The notes under the pieces are model-generated. The model had not been told where the DNA came from and searched no databases. It worked only from the letters and a program-made list of their open reading frames with translations. A stretch of DNA of 32,000 nucleotides from an uncultured delta proteobacterium (GTDB lineage: Bacteria; Desulfobacterota; Desulfobacteria; Desulfobacterales; B30-G6). Shown here piece by piece: positions 17,968 to 26,878 of this stretch; within the stretch, counting starts at the first letter, position 1; every line of letters begins with the position of its first letter. The stretch covers positions 556,548 through 588,547 of the forward strand of contig CAWGLD010000001.1 in assembly GCA_963823335.1 (NCBI GenBank). Direction: 5' to 3'. Position numbers and translations under genes: made by a program.

Positions 17968-18010
17968 AGGTGAGAATCTCTTTCCTCGGGGTGAGCTTTG
18001 ATTCTCTGTT

Positions 18011-18712
18011 TTAGGCGCCCTCATCTCCCCCGGGAAACCCGGGGCTTCCGGCAATACCTGTTCGTTTGCGGGAGCGCGGGCCCGCGGCGCCTTCAGATCG
18101 CCAGTCCTGTGGTTTCCGCACCTCATGGATCAAGTGAAGTTTATTCTGTCGCTGAAGCCTTTCATAGATCTGCCCCCATGCACAGGGAACCTCCGGGTTG
18201 ATTTCACAGCTGACGCCGTTGCTTCCCCCGCAAGGGCCGTTCAACAGGCTCTTTGCACATCGGGCGATCGGACAAATACCGCCGGTATAGGTCAGCAGGC
18301 AGTCGCCACATCCCCGGCACATTTCCTGCCATAGGCCCGGTTCAAAAGAGGCACCAAGAAAGGTTGTGTTCAATGCCGGAATCACAGGCAGGGGATCAAA
18401 AGCATCGGCCAGGGTCTGTACACCGGCCCCGCAGGCCAGAGAGATAACGGCATCGGTCCCTTGGGGAAGCTCGTGATAGGATTGGACGAGATCCAGCTCG
18501 CATTGCCTTAATATAACATCGACGGTTATGGGTGACGGCTCGGCCCCGTGGTACACTTTGCGGTTGAGCTCTTGGGCGAGCATCTGCACCTCGCGGTCTC
18601 CGCCGGAAAGACACACGGAAACACAGCTTCCACAACCGACGATGGAAATTTTTTCATAACCGGAAATAGATCGAATGATCTCCTCGATGGGTTTGATATC
18701 ACCGACAATCAT
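18011..18712 (-). CDS. Methylenetetrahydrofolate reductase C-terminal-like (MetV-like, MTHFR_C) iron-sulfur/zinc protein
   Basis: 233 aa; SIVGCGSCVSVCLSGGDREVQMLAQELN, CRGCGDCLLTYTGGICPIARCAKSLLNGPCGGSNGVSCEINPEVPCAWGQIYERL: MTHFR_C signature. Confidence 0.8.
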   Translation of the reverse strand: MIVGDIKPIEEIIRSISGYEKISIVGCGSCVSVCLSGGDREVQMLAQELNRKVYHGAEPSPITVDVILRQCELDLVQSYHELPQGTDAVISLACGAGVQTLADAFDPLPVIPALNTTFLGASFEPGLWQEMCRGCGDCLLTYTGGICPIARCAKSLLNGPCGGSNGVSCEINPEVPCAWGQIYERLQRQNKLHLIHEVRKPQDWRSEGAAGPRSRKRTGIAGSPGFPGGDEGA

Positions 18713-18721
18713 GACATAGCC

Positions 18722-19102
18722 TCATTTTTTTTCCATAAAGTGGGCCTTGACTTTGAGCGTCAGGGCCGGCTTGTGGCGTTCGCAAACAGGCGCTTCAAGT
18801 TTGCCCAGCTTTTCAGCAAGTGTTTCTCCAAAAGCGGCGGTATAAATCGGCTCGCCACACACACGGCAGTGCTCCAGATCGAGGGAGATGACCTCATCCC
18901 AGCGGTTTTGGAGCATATATTGAAATTCGACGGCATCCTGAGGGCACACACGCCAGCAATTCCCGCAGCGGGCGCATTTTGCCATATTGTGGCGAAGTTT
19001 TCTCTTTTTAGCATCATCCTGAACATCGATGGCATTGGCAGGACAATTCTGTAAACAGGCCAGACACCCGTTACATTTGCTGTTGACCTGGAAAAAGTTC
19101 AT
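18722..19102 (-). CDS. 4Fe-4S ferredoxin-type protein
   Basis: 126 aa; CNGCLACLQNCPANAI and CARCGNCWRVCPQDAVEF, plus CRVCGEPI. Confidence 0.88.
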   Translation of the reverse strand: MNFFQVNSKCNGCLACLQNCPANAIDVQDDAKKRKLRHNMAKCARCGNCWRVCPQDAVEFQYMLQNRWDEVISLDLEHCRVCGEPIYTAAFGETLAEKLGKLEAPVCERHKPALTLKVKAHFMEKK

Positions 19103-19103
19103 C

Positions 19104-19694
19104 TCAGTACTTCCTCCTTAAACAGGCGGATTTGCGGATATTGGCCGTTTGAAGCATGTCGGCATCGTCCCATCGCAATGCACCGGGTTCGCAAAAATGA
19201 ACACACTGCGGGTTTCCATTACACACATCGCACTTGAAAATCACCTGTCGGATTTCGTCGAAACCGATGGCCGCATAGGGACAGGCAGCCATACACGCTC
19301 GACAGGATACACATCGGTCATAATCCACCATGACCCTTCCCCAATCGTCATTCCAGACCATGGCCTCTTTGGGGCAGACAGCCATGCAAGGCGCATCCGC
19401 ACACTGCTGACAACAATTCGGTAAAAAGACATCACCCGTGTGCCATGCAATTACACGAATTCGAGATCGGGAAGTATCGATGTCGCCCAGATGGAAAAGA
19501 GAACAGGCAATTTCGCAGAGCCTGCACCCATTGCACTTTTGTGGATGAATTGTAATGACTTTCTGTGAGACGTGCGCTTCTTCCGGCCGTGGGGCCAGCA
19601 CGTTAAAGTCACCGTTTTTCAGTCGCTCCACGATATCTTCCGGGAGGCTGCTTTTTGTCTCCTGGCCAGCTTTGCAGAAACGCGTGTCGATCAT
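19104..19694 (-). CDS. 4Fe-4S ferredoxin, HycB/AorA-like electron transfer subunit
   Basis: 196 aa; CNGCRLCEIACSLFHLG, CCQQCADAPCMAVCPKEAM, CVSCRACMAACPYAAI, CDVCNGNPQCVHFCEPGAL. Start possibly downstream of the annotated M. Confidence 0.88.
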   Translation of the reverse strand: MIDTRFCKAGQETKSSLPEDIVERLKNGDFNVLAPRPEEAHVSQKVITIHPQKCNGCRLCEIACSLFHLGDIDTSRSRIRVIAWHTGDVFLPNCCQQCADAPCMAVCPKEAMVWNDDWGRVMVDYDRCVSCRACMAACPYAAIGFDEIRQVIFKCDVCNGNPQCVHFCEPGALRWDDADMLQTANIRKSACLRRKY

Positions 19695-19724
19695 GTTGGA
19701 TCACCTATTTCGTCACAACTTATT

Positions 19725-19740
19725 GTTCATTATATTGAAC
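19725..19740. promoter_or_regulatory. Inverted repeat GTTCATTATATTGAAC in divergent AOR/ferredoxin region
   Basis: 5-bp perfect arms GTTCA/TGAAC around TTATAT; AT-rich divergent intergenic region. Confidence 0.3.
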
Positions 19741-19841
19741 GCAATATGACAGTACTTTATCGACTAAAATGAATCCTTGTCAACTATAAAATGATAGATT
19801 ACAGCTCTTGTCATACGTATGTTCCGTTTGGCCTATTTGCA

Positions 19842-19857
19842 AAACAAGCGTTTGTTT
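19842..19857. promoter_or_regulatory. Inverted repeat AAACAAGCGTTTGTTT in divergent AOR/ferredoxin region
   Basis: 6-bp perfect arms AAACAA/TTGTTT with a 4-nt spacer. Confidence 0.25.
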
Positions 19858-20026
19858 GAAGTTGTTTGCCGAAGCAGCTTCGGAACGTTGTTCTGACAAA
19901 CTGTCTACAGGGATTATGTGTATTTTGCCCTTGACACCGGGGCCTGTTTTCAACTATAACCACACCATAATAATTCATCCTAATGAACAAACCCTTTTTG
20001 TGAAACAAACAGATGAGGAGCATGCC

Positions 20027-20332
20027 ATGGCCATCGACTCAAAAAATCTATCATCAGCCGAATCGTTACAGAAAGCCCGCACCTTCGGCAAAATCAGATG
20101 CCACAACCCCAGCTGCATGGAAAGGATGGAGCCGTCTCCCGGCGACGATCACGTCAAATGCGCAACCTGTGGCATGGAGTTTCGGCTCTTCTGGGTGCGC
20201 CCGGACCTGCCGCGAATCCGCGGACCGGTCTGGGATGTCAATCGTAAAATTGCGGAGCAGAAGTTGGCCGAGAAATTAAAAAAAGCCAGCCCGGTCTCAA
20301 AGAAAAAAATCAAAAAAGAGGGGGTATCCTAA
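20027..20332 (+). CDS. Small Cys4 (zinc-ribbon/rubredoxin-like) protein upstream of AOR
   Basis: MAIDSKNLSSAESLQKARTFGKIRCHNPSCMERMEPSPGDDHVKCATCGMEFRLFWVRPDLPRIRGPVWDVNRK...; ATG at 20027 preceded by GAGGAG; TAA end abuts the AOR start (20334). Confidence 0.65.
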   Translation: MAIDSKNLSSAESLQKARTFGKIRCHNPSCMERMEPSPGDDHVKCATCGMEFRLFWVRPDLPRIRGPVWDVNRKIAEQKLAEKLKKASPVSKKKIKKEGVS

Positions 20333-20333
20333 G

Positions 20334-22274
20334 ATGGCATTAGATCGAAAAATTGCATACATCGATCTTTCCGAAGGCAAGATTGAATCCAAGCCGATCC
20401 CGATTGAAATTCGAAAAAAATACCTGGGTGGCCGGGGGCTCGATGCATACCTGCTGTACAACCATGCGCCCAAAGGGTGTGATCCTCTGGGTCCTGAAAA
20501 CCCATTATTGATCAGCGGCGGCATTCTTACGGCAACATGCGCCTCAGCCACGGCCCGGACACACATCATGGCCAAATCACCCCTGACCGGTCTTTTGGGA
20601 AGTGCCAACATGGGCGGATTCTTTGCCCCTGAACTGGCATGGGCCGGCTATCATCACCTGGTCATCACAGGTAAGGCAAAAAAGCCTGTATATATCTGGA
20701 TTCACAACGGCACCATCGAAATTCGTGACGCCGCGCATCTGTGGGGCAAAACGACCACGGAAACCCAATGGGCCATCCGTGAGGAACTGAATGACGATGA
20801 AATCAAGAGCGCCGTTATTGGTCAGGCCGGTGAAAACCTGGTGCGCTATGCCAATGTAATGACCGGCGTCAAAAATGCCGCCGGCCGGACAGGCATGGGC
20901 TGCGTCATGGGATCGAAAAACCTGAAGGCCGTGGCCGTACGCGGAACCATGGACATCAAAATCGCCCACCCCATCGAAGCCCTGGACCACAATAAACGCT
21001 TCATCGATCAGATCACCAGCGCCAAGGTAAACAAAACCCAGGGCACATTGGGCACGCCTTTTATATGGGGGGCTACCAACAGCTGGGGTGGTGTGCGCAA
21101 CCGCAATTTTCAATACAACCAGCTTGAAAACGCCGACGACATCGAGCCCGAAAGAATCGACGAGATCGCCACGGAAACCATGGGGCCCTACCACATGGCG
21201 GGATGTTTTGGCTGCCAGGTCCATTGCCGGGCCCAGTACAAGATTCCATCGGGACCCTATGCCGGAAAGTACGATGAGGGTCCGGAATACACATCCCAGG
21301 GAGCCTTCGGGGCTGAACCGGACTGCACAAAAGCGGAAACGGTTCTGACAGGCAATCACCTGGTCGATCAGTACGGTGTGGACAACCTGGAGATCGGCAG
21401 CCTCATCTCCTGGGCCATGGAGCTTTTTGAACTTGGCATCATCACCACCAAAGAAACCGATGGGCTGGACCTTCGATTCGGCAATGACGAGGCCCTGCTG
21501 GAAATGATTCACCGCATCTGCCAGCGCAAGGGCTGGCTGGGAGACGCCCTGGCCGACGGCGGCATACCGGCATCCCAGAAGATCGGTAAAAAATCCTTTG
21601 ATTATCTGATCCAGGTCAAAGGGATGAGCAATCTGCACTCCGACGAACGCGGTACACCTGCCCTGGCCCTCAATATTGCCACGGCTTCCCGCGGCTCCGA
21701 TCATCTGCGCAGCCGACCGGCCATCGATCTCTATCATCTTCCCGAAAAAGTGCTTCGCAAGATATATGGCAGCCCGATTCCCTATGAAGGCCCCCTGAGT
21801 TCGGAGCACACCGAATACATCGGTAAACCCTGGCAGGTTTTCTGGCAGCAGAACTGTTATATGGCCGTCGACTGCCTGGGAATCTGTAAATACCACACGG
21901 TGTTTTTAGGCGCGACCCTGCCCAACTTCGAAGACTGGCCCAAGGTGATCTACTACAACACGGGTCTTGAATTTACACCCCGGGAGTTATGGGAAATTGC
22001 CGAACGCTGTAACAATATCGAGAGGTTGTACAACCTGAGAGAAGGACTTGAACGGGATGATCCTGTCAAAGGCGACACGCTCAATCACCGCTATTTCGAT
22101 GAGCCCTTACGAAGAGGGGCTCCTGACATTGTCGGACTGACAATCGATCGAAAAAAGTTCAAAAAAATGGTGGATGAATTTTATACCCATAACGGTTGGG
22201 ACAAAAAAGGTGTCCCAACACCCGAAACCTTGCGTCGGCTTGGTCTGGACCAGGAACCAGCCCACCTACTATAG
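20334..22274 (+). CDS. Tungsten-dependent aldehyde:ferredoxin oxidoreductase (AOR) family protein
   Basis: 646 aa; IDLSEGKIESKPI..RKKYLGGRGLDAYLLY, THIMAKSPLTGLLGSANMGGFFAPELAWAGYHHLVITGKA, IGQAGENLVRYANVMTGVKNAAGRTGMGCVMGSKNLKAVAVRG, MAGCFGCQVHCR. Confidence 0.93.
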   Translation: MALDRKIAYIDLSEGKIESKPIPIEIRKKYLGGRGLDAYLLYNHAPKGCDPLGPENPLLISGGILTATCASATARTHIMAKSPLTGLLGSANMGGFFAPELAWAGYHHLVITGKAKKPVYIWIHNGTIEIRDAAHLWGKTTTETQWAIREELNDDEIKSAVIGQAGENLVRYANVMTGVKNAAGRTGMGCVMGSKNLKAVAVRGTMDIKIAHPIEALDHNKRFIDQITSAKVNKTQGTLGTPFIWGATNSWGGVRNRNFQYNQLENADDIEPERIDEIATETMGPYHMAGCFGCQVHCRAQYKIPSGPYAGKYDEGPEYTSQGAFGAEPDCTKAETVLTGNHLVDQYGVDNLEIGSLISWAMELFELGIITTKETDGLDLRFGNDEALLEMIHRICQRKGWLGDALADGGIPASQKIGKKSFDYLIQVKGMSNLHSDERGTPALALNIATASRGSDHLRSRPAIDLYHLPEKVLRKIYGSPIPYEGPLSSEHTEYIGKPWQVFWQQNCYMAVDCLGICKYHTVFLGATLPNFEDWPKVIYYNTGLEFTPRELWEIAERCNNIERLYNLREGLERDDPVKGDTLNHRYFDEPLRRGAPDIVGLTIDRKKFKKMVDEFYTHNGWDKKGVPTPETLRRLGLDQEPAHLL

Positions 22275-22299
22275 ATTATGGAATGGAGAGGAAAAGACA

Positions 22300-22797
22300 A
22301 TGGAGAAAGTTCTATCTGTCGATTTTCAGAAGTGTACCGGTTGCCGTTTGTGCGAAATCATATGTTCGGTGATGCATGACGGTGTTTCCAATCCCGCCAG
22401 AAGCAGAATCAGGATCGTGAAATGGGAAGATGAAGGCCAATATATTCCCATGATCTGCCAGCAATGTGAGGATGCGCCCTGTCTGAATGTCTGCCCGGTG
22501 GGGGCCATATCCAGAGATGCGGATTACGGCTTTTTATCTGTCGACTACAATACCTGTATCGGTTGCCGTTCATGTGTGAGCGTCTGCCCTTTCGGGGCCA
22601 TGAACTATACCAGAATCGACAAAAAGATATTCAAATGCGACCTGTGCGGAGGGGATCCGCAGTGCGTGCGATTCTGCGAGATGAAGGCTGTGGATTATAT
22701 TCCATCTGATCGTATGGGTGCCGAAAAGAAAAGAGATGCGGCCACGCGTTTTTATGCCGCTCAAAAAAAGGCCACAGCACTCCAGGAGCCCTTTTAA
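22300..22797 (+). CDS. 4Fe-4S ferredoxin, HycB/AorA-like electron transfer subunit
   Basis: MEKVLSVDFQKCTGCRLCEIICSVMHDG, CQQCEDAPCLNVCPVGAI, CIGCRSCVSVCPFGAM, CDLCGGDPQCVRFCEMKAV; ATG at 22300 preceded by GGAGAGG. Confidence 0.9.
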   Translation: MEKVLSVDFQKCTGCRLCEIICSVMHDGVSNPARSRIRIVKWEDEGQYIPMICQQCEDAPCLNVCPVGAISRDADYGFLSVDYNTCIGCRSCVSVCPFGAMNYTRIDKKIFKCDLCGGDPQCVRFCEMKAVDYIPSDRMGAEKKRDAATRFYAAQKKATALQEPF

Positions 22798-22812
22798 CAC
22801 GGCAAATAAAAA

Positions 22813-24255
22813 ATGGGCATCAACACAATCAAATTACGTTCCGTAGGTATCGATGTCGGCAGCTCGACGTCGCATCTGGTATTCTCGAATCTGGTGTTGG
22901 TGAGGGATGAGATGTCCCCCTCCCGTCGCTTTAAAATCGAGCGCAGAGAGGTGATTTATGAAGGCCGGATCATCGACACACCCCTGCACGACAACGATAC
23001 GATTGACATCGATCGATTGATTGCATTTGTGAGGGATGAGTGCCGGCGGGCCGGTATCGATCCCGAAGAGATCGATACCGGTGCGGTGATCATCACGGGA
23101 GAAACGGCAAAAAAGCGCAATGCGCGCGAGATCGTGGAATCGTTGTCCAAAGATACGGGAAAATTTGTCGCAGCAACCGCCGGACCCAACTTCGAAAGCC
23201 TGCTGGCCGCCATGGGATCCGGTGCAACGACCCGTTCAAAGGACATGCAGAAAACCATCCTGTCCTGCGACATCGGCGGTGGAACCGCCAACATGGCCAT
23301 CTCCGTCAATGGGGAGGTTGTCTCCACAAGCTGTATTTCTGTGGGTGGAAGATTGCTGGCCATAAATTCCGACGGTACTATCCGCAAACTGGACAGACCT
23401 GCAAGAAAGATCATGCAGCATATCGGGCTGACCTACGACGTGGGGGATCGGATCCCCAAAGCGGATATGGGCAAAATCGCGTCATGCATGGCCGACGTGC
23501 TGATGGAGGTGCTCACCGGTCCTGCTGTCACGCTACTGGCCAAACAGTTGATGACGTCGCCCTCCCTGGATTTCCAGCATGAAATCGATGAATACTCTTT
23601 TTCAGGGGGTGTGGCCGAATTGATCTATGGGCCACCGTCCGATTACGGCGACGTGGGTGGCATGCTTGCAGAAAAACTGATGGCCCTGTTCCCCGATCTG
23701 AAGGCACCGGTGGTCGAACCGGTGAACAAGATCCGGGCCACCGTCATCGGTGCGGGAGCCTATTCATTGTCTATCTCGGGCTGCTCCGGATTTATGGATG
23801 AAAAACTGACCTTCCCCTTAAAAAACATTCCTGTGCTCAGGGTCGATGTAGAGCGCTCAAAACTGTCCGTCGAGCATGTCGTCTCCCAGGTAAATCTGGC
23901 CTATAAACGATTCGACTTACACGAAGGTGAAGAGACCGTGGCCCTGTACTTCAAAGATCCGGTTCAGGCATCCTATCCACGTCTGGAGCTGTTTGCAAAA
24001 TCGATCGAAGCCGCCCTGGTCAATTCCATTCAAAAAAAGATACCGATCATTCTCATTTTTGAAAAAGACGTCGCCTGCAGTGTCGGAAATGTCATTCAGC
24101 GGGAAACCGGTTTGAAAACAAACCTGCTCTCTTTGGACGAGTTGCTTTTAGAAGATGGAGAATGGATCGATATCGGCGCGCCTTTGGTTCATCGCCAGGT
24201 GTTTCCCGTAACCGTGAAATCCCTTGTGTTCCATTCCGACCCTTCAACGTGCTGA
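22813..24255 (+). CDS. EutA-like ethanolamine ammonia-lyase reactivating factor (ASKHA ATPase fold)
   Basis: 480 aa; LRSVGIDVGSSTSHLVFSNLVLVRDE, GAVIITGETAKKRNAREIVESLSKDTGKFVAATAGPNFESLLAAMGSGA, ILSCDIGGGTANMAISVNGEVVSTSCISVGGRLL. Confidence 0.85.
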   Translation: MGINTIKLRSVGIDVGSSTSHLVFSNLVLVRDEMSPSRRFKIERREVIYEGRIIDTPLHDNDTIDIDRLIAFVRDECRRAGIDPEEIDTGAVIITGETAKKRNAREIVESLSKDTGKFVAATAGPNFESLLAAMGSGATTRSKDMQKTILSCDIGGGTANMAISVNGEVVSTSCISVGGRLLAINSDGTIRKLDRPARKIMQHIGLTYDVGDRIPKADMGKIASCMADVLMEVLTGPAVTLLAKQLMTSPSLDFQHEIDEYSFSGGVAELIYGPPSDYGDVGGMLAEKLMALFPDLKAPVVEPVNKIRATVIGAGAYSLSISGCSGFMDEKLTFPLKNIPVLRVDVERSKLSVEHVVSQVNLAYKRFDLHEGEETVALYFKDPVQASYPRLELFAKSIEAALVNSIQKKIPIILIFEKDVACSVGNVIQRETGLKTNLLSLDELLLEDGEWIDIGAPLVHRQVFPVTVKSLVFHSDPSTC

Positions 24256-24270
24256 CAGGATTTTTCCCTG

Positions 24271-24543
24271 TTACCCCCCTGCCAGCATAAGGGTGATCTG
24301 GATTTCATCACCATCCCCTACAGGTTTCCTGAGTTCGTCAGGGTAGGTGCTTTCCAGATTGAGGTAGATTTCGATCAGCTTGTGCAAGGTTCCGTCAGCA
24401 TTATACAGAACCTTTTTCATATCGGGAAAACGGCCGACCAGATCGTTGAGACACTCTCCGATGGTCCGGCCGGCGACCTCGATGGTTTTCTGGTTATCGG
24501 TGTACCGACGATGGCTTGAATGTATGTTGACTTTGACGCTCAT
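24271..24543 (-). CDS. ThiS/MoaD-family ubiquitin-like sulfur carrier protein
   Basis: 90 aa from ATG at 24543: MSVKVNIHSSHRRYTDNQKTIEVAGRTIGECLNDLVGRFPDMKKVL...LNLESTYPDELRKPVGDGDEIQITLMLAGG*; ends in GG, beta-grasp pattern. Confidence 0.75.
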   Translation of the reverse strand: MSVKVNIHSSHRRYTDNQKTIEVAGRTIGECLNDLVGRFPDMKKVLYNADGTLHKLIEIYLNLESTYPDELRKPVGDGDEIQITLMLAGG

Positions 24544-24661
24544 GTTGCAATCCTGAATCGCTGAAATTGATTTGAAACCGTTATAACTGAACCCTGTAAC
24601 ATGCAATATAATAAACAATTCAGATTTTTTCCATCTCTATTGTCAAAAAAGGATCGTTTTA

Positions 24662-25450
24662 ATGTCCACCCTCGAACCGGTCACAAAACAACCGGGTTAT
24701 CAAGCTCCGGCCGTTCATAAGGCTTTCCAGCTGCTTCGCACCGTCGCTGCCTCCCATAAACCTTTGGGACTCACCGAACTGGCCCAGCAGCTCGGGTACA
24801 GCAAAAGCACCACCCACGGACTGGTCCATGCGCTTTTACGGGAAGGCGCCTTGGTCCAGGAAGCCAATGGACGCGGTCTTTTCTTGGGCCCGGTGGTTTC
24901 CGACCTGACCTTTGACAGCTGGAACTACCTCAAAGTGAATGAGTTGAGCCAGCCGATTATCAATGCCATTCGCGATGCAGCCGGTGAAACGGTATTTTTC
25001 GGTGTTTTGATCAACAAACGAGTGATCATCCTGACCATCGCGGAGGCTGCCGTACCACTGAAGATTTCCGGATCGACCGGCACCAGCATTTCACTTTTTG
25101 CCGGCGCTGTCGGTAAAGTCTTTCTGGCCGATGCAAACATTAGCGACGTAAAACTGTTGCTGCGGAAAAATAAACTTCCACGCTACACACCGCTTTCCAT
25201 CTGGAAAGAGAAAGACTACCTGCAGGAACTGGAACACGTGCGCAAGCTTGGTTATGCCGTTGACAACGAAGAATATCTGACCGGAGTGAAGGCGGTGGCC
25301 GTGGCTCTCCACAACCAGAAGGGCCCTCCCATGGCGGTCTGGGTCGTTGGATTGTCCAGTTCCATGACCAGGGCAAAAATGGACTGGATAATCGACAGTC
25401 TTGTTGTAAAAGCTGACATGCTCCGTCAAACATTGGCCGAAAACATGTGA
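24662..25450 (+). CDS. IclR-family transcriptional regulator
   Basis: 262 aa; VHKAFQLLRTVAASHKPLGLTELAQQLGYSKSTTHGLVHALLREGALVQEANGRGLFLGPVV plus effector domain segments. Confidence 0.9.
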   Translation: MSTLEPVTKQPGYQAPAVHKAFQLLRTVAASHKPLGLTELAQQLGYSKSTTHGLVHALLREGALVQEANGRGLFLGPVVSDLTFDSWNYLKVNELSQPIINAIRDAAGETVFFGVLINKRVIILTIAEAAVPLKISGSTGTSISLFAGAVGKVFLADANISDVKLLLRKNKLPRYTPLSIWKEKDYLQELEHVRKLGYAVDNEEYLTGVKAVAVALHNQKGPPMAVWVVGLSSSMTRAKMDWIIDSLVVKADMLRQTLAENM

Positions 25451-25451
25451 C

Positions 25452-26048
25452 ATGGAATGGAAGCGATTCATACAGGAACTTTATCTGCGGGCCGAGCCTT
25501 ATCTGATAACGAGGAATGATTCCGTTCACACCCGGGTTGCCCATGGCTATGCACTGCTTCTGCTCCAAAAGGAGGGCGGTGACCGCAACATCGTCGAACC
25601 GGCCATCATCCTTCACGATGTCGGGTGGTCGGCACTCAAACCGGAGGACATCGAGACTGCCTATGGGATTCGGGCCACGGGTGCAAAAGCGCGCGAGCTG
25701 AATCGTGTCCACGAAATCCAGGGCGCCGGAATTGCCGCAGAGATCCTCGCCGACCTGGGTTGTGACACCATAAGCATCGACAGTATCGTAAAGATCATCG
25801 ACCGCCACGATTCCGGAACGAGCCCCGATACATTGGAAGAGAAGCTGGTGAAAGATGCGGACAAACTTTGGCGTTTTTCAATAATCGGGTACTCTTACGA
25901 GTTGCAAAGGCAGGCCAGCACCCACACGGCAAGACACGCTTTTCTGTCCCAAAAGGTCGACAGCTGGTTTTTTACCCCAACCGCAAAAGCGCTGGCAGAC
26001 AAAGAACTTCGGGCGCGCGACAAAGAAAACTACAAGGGTTCGATCTGA
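25452..26048 (+). CDS. HD-domain metal-dependent phosphohydrolase
   Basis: 198 aa; TRVAHGYALLLLQKEGG...VEPAIILHDVGWS...HEIQGAGIAAEILADL...IIDRHDSG: HD motif pattern. Confidence 0.8.
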   Translation: MEWKRFIQELYLRAEPYLITRNDSVHTRVAHGYALLLLQKEGGDRNIVEPAIILHDVGWSALKPEDIETAYGIRATGAKARELNRVHEIQGAGIAAEILADLGCDTISIDSIVKIIDRHDSGTSPDTLEEKLVKDADKLWRFSIIGYSYELQRQASTHTARHAFLSQKVDSWFFTPTAKALADKELRARDKENYKGSI

Positions 26049-26866
26049 CATGTGGGGCAGATGTGACTGCTGCGCTGGCCCACCAGGATGCGTTGAATGG
26101 CGGAACCACAGCGCGGGCACGCCTGCCCGCCCCGGCGGAATACCTTGAGTTGATCGGCATTGCGGCCCTGGCGACCGGCCACCGAGTAGAAATTTCCCGC
26201 GCCACCACCCAGGGTCGTACCCATGTTTCGCAGCCCGGTACGCAGCACATACGGTATGGCCCGGTGCAGGTCAGTGATTTCTTTTTTCGAAAGTGAACAG
26301 CTGATACGCAAGGGGTGAATTATAGCCTTCCAGAGCGCTTCGTCCACGTAGATGTTGCCCAGACCGGCAATAAATCGCTGGTCCAGCAGCAGGGGCTTGA
26401 TCTGGCGTCTGCAGGCCTCGAGCATCTTGCCAAAACGGGCCGCAGTGAAGTCATCCGCCAGAGGTTCGGGCCCCAGTTTTCCCAGGACCGTCCCGGGGTC
26501 TTTGGTGAGGAGAATGCGGCCGAACTTGCGTGTATCCTGAAAGCGCAGCTCCCTCTTTTCCCCCAGATCCAGGATCACATGTTCGTGTCTGTTACGTTCC
26601 TTGCCCTTGAGCTCCCAGTTCAGATGCCCGGTCATACGCAGATGGATCAGCAGGGTCAGGCCCTGGGACAGCTCCATGACAATATATTTACCCCGACGCG
26701 TGATCTGCTGGATCGTGTGCCCCTCGATGCTTTTACAGAAGACAGCGGGCGTCATTTCGGCAATGGTCCTGGGCCAGTACACCCTGGCACCGGCAATACA
26801 ACACCCGGCGATCTTGAGCCCGTTCAGGTTGTCCACCACCGTCTGTACTTCAGGCAACTCGGGCAT
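26030..26866 (-). CDS. mutM: Formamidopyrimidine-DNA glycosylase
   Basis: 278 aa; N-terminal MPELPEVQTVVDNL, LLIHLRMTGHL, RFGRILL, LLDQRFIAGLGNIYVDEALWKAIIHP, C-terminal zinc finger CPRCGSAIQRILVGQRSSHICPTCQ. Confidence 0.96.
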   Translation of the reverse strand: MPELPEVQTVVDNLNGLKIAGCCIAGARVYWPRTIAEMTPAVFCKSIEGHTIQQITRRGKYIVMELSQGLTLLIHLRMTGHLNWELKGKERNRHEHVILDLGEKRELRFQDTRKFGRILLTKDPGTVLGKLGPEPLADDFTAARFGKMLEACRRQIKPLLLDQRFIAGLGNIYVDEALWKAIIHPLRISCSLSKKEITDLHRAIPYVLRTGLRNMGTTLGGGAGNFYSVAGRQGRNADQLKVFRRGGQACPRCGSAIQRILVGQRSSHICPTCQIEPL

Positions 26867-26878
26867 GATGACGTTCCT

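Noticed and set aside
19842-19857. AAACAAGCGTTTGTTT as an intrinsic terminator
   Set aside because: AT-rich weak stem, no U-tract, and it lies upstream of divergent start codons; a regulatory site is more plausible.
20577-21896. 439-aa minus-strand ORF
   Set aside because: Antisense to the AOR gene; no recognisable family, consistent with a mirror ORF from GC-biased codon usage.
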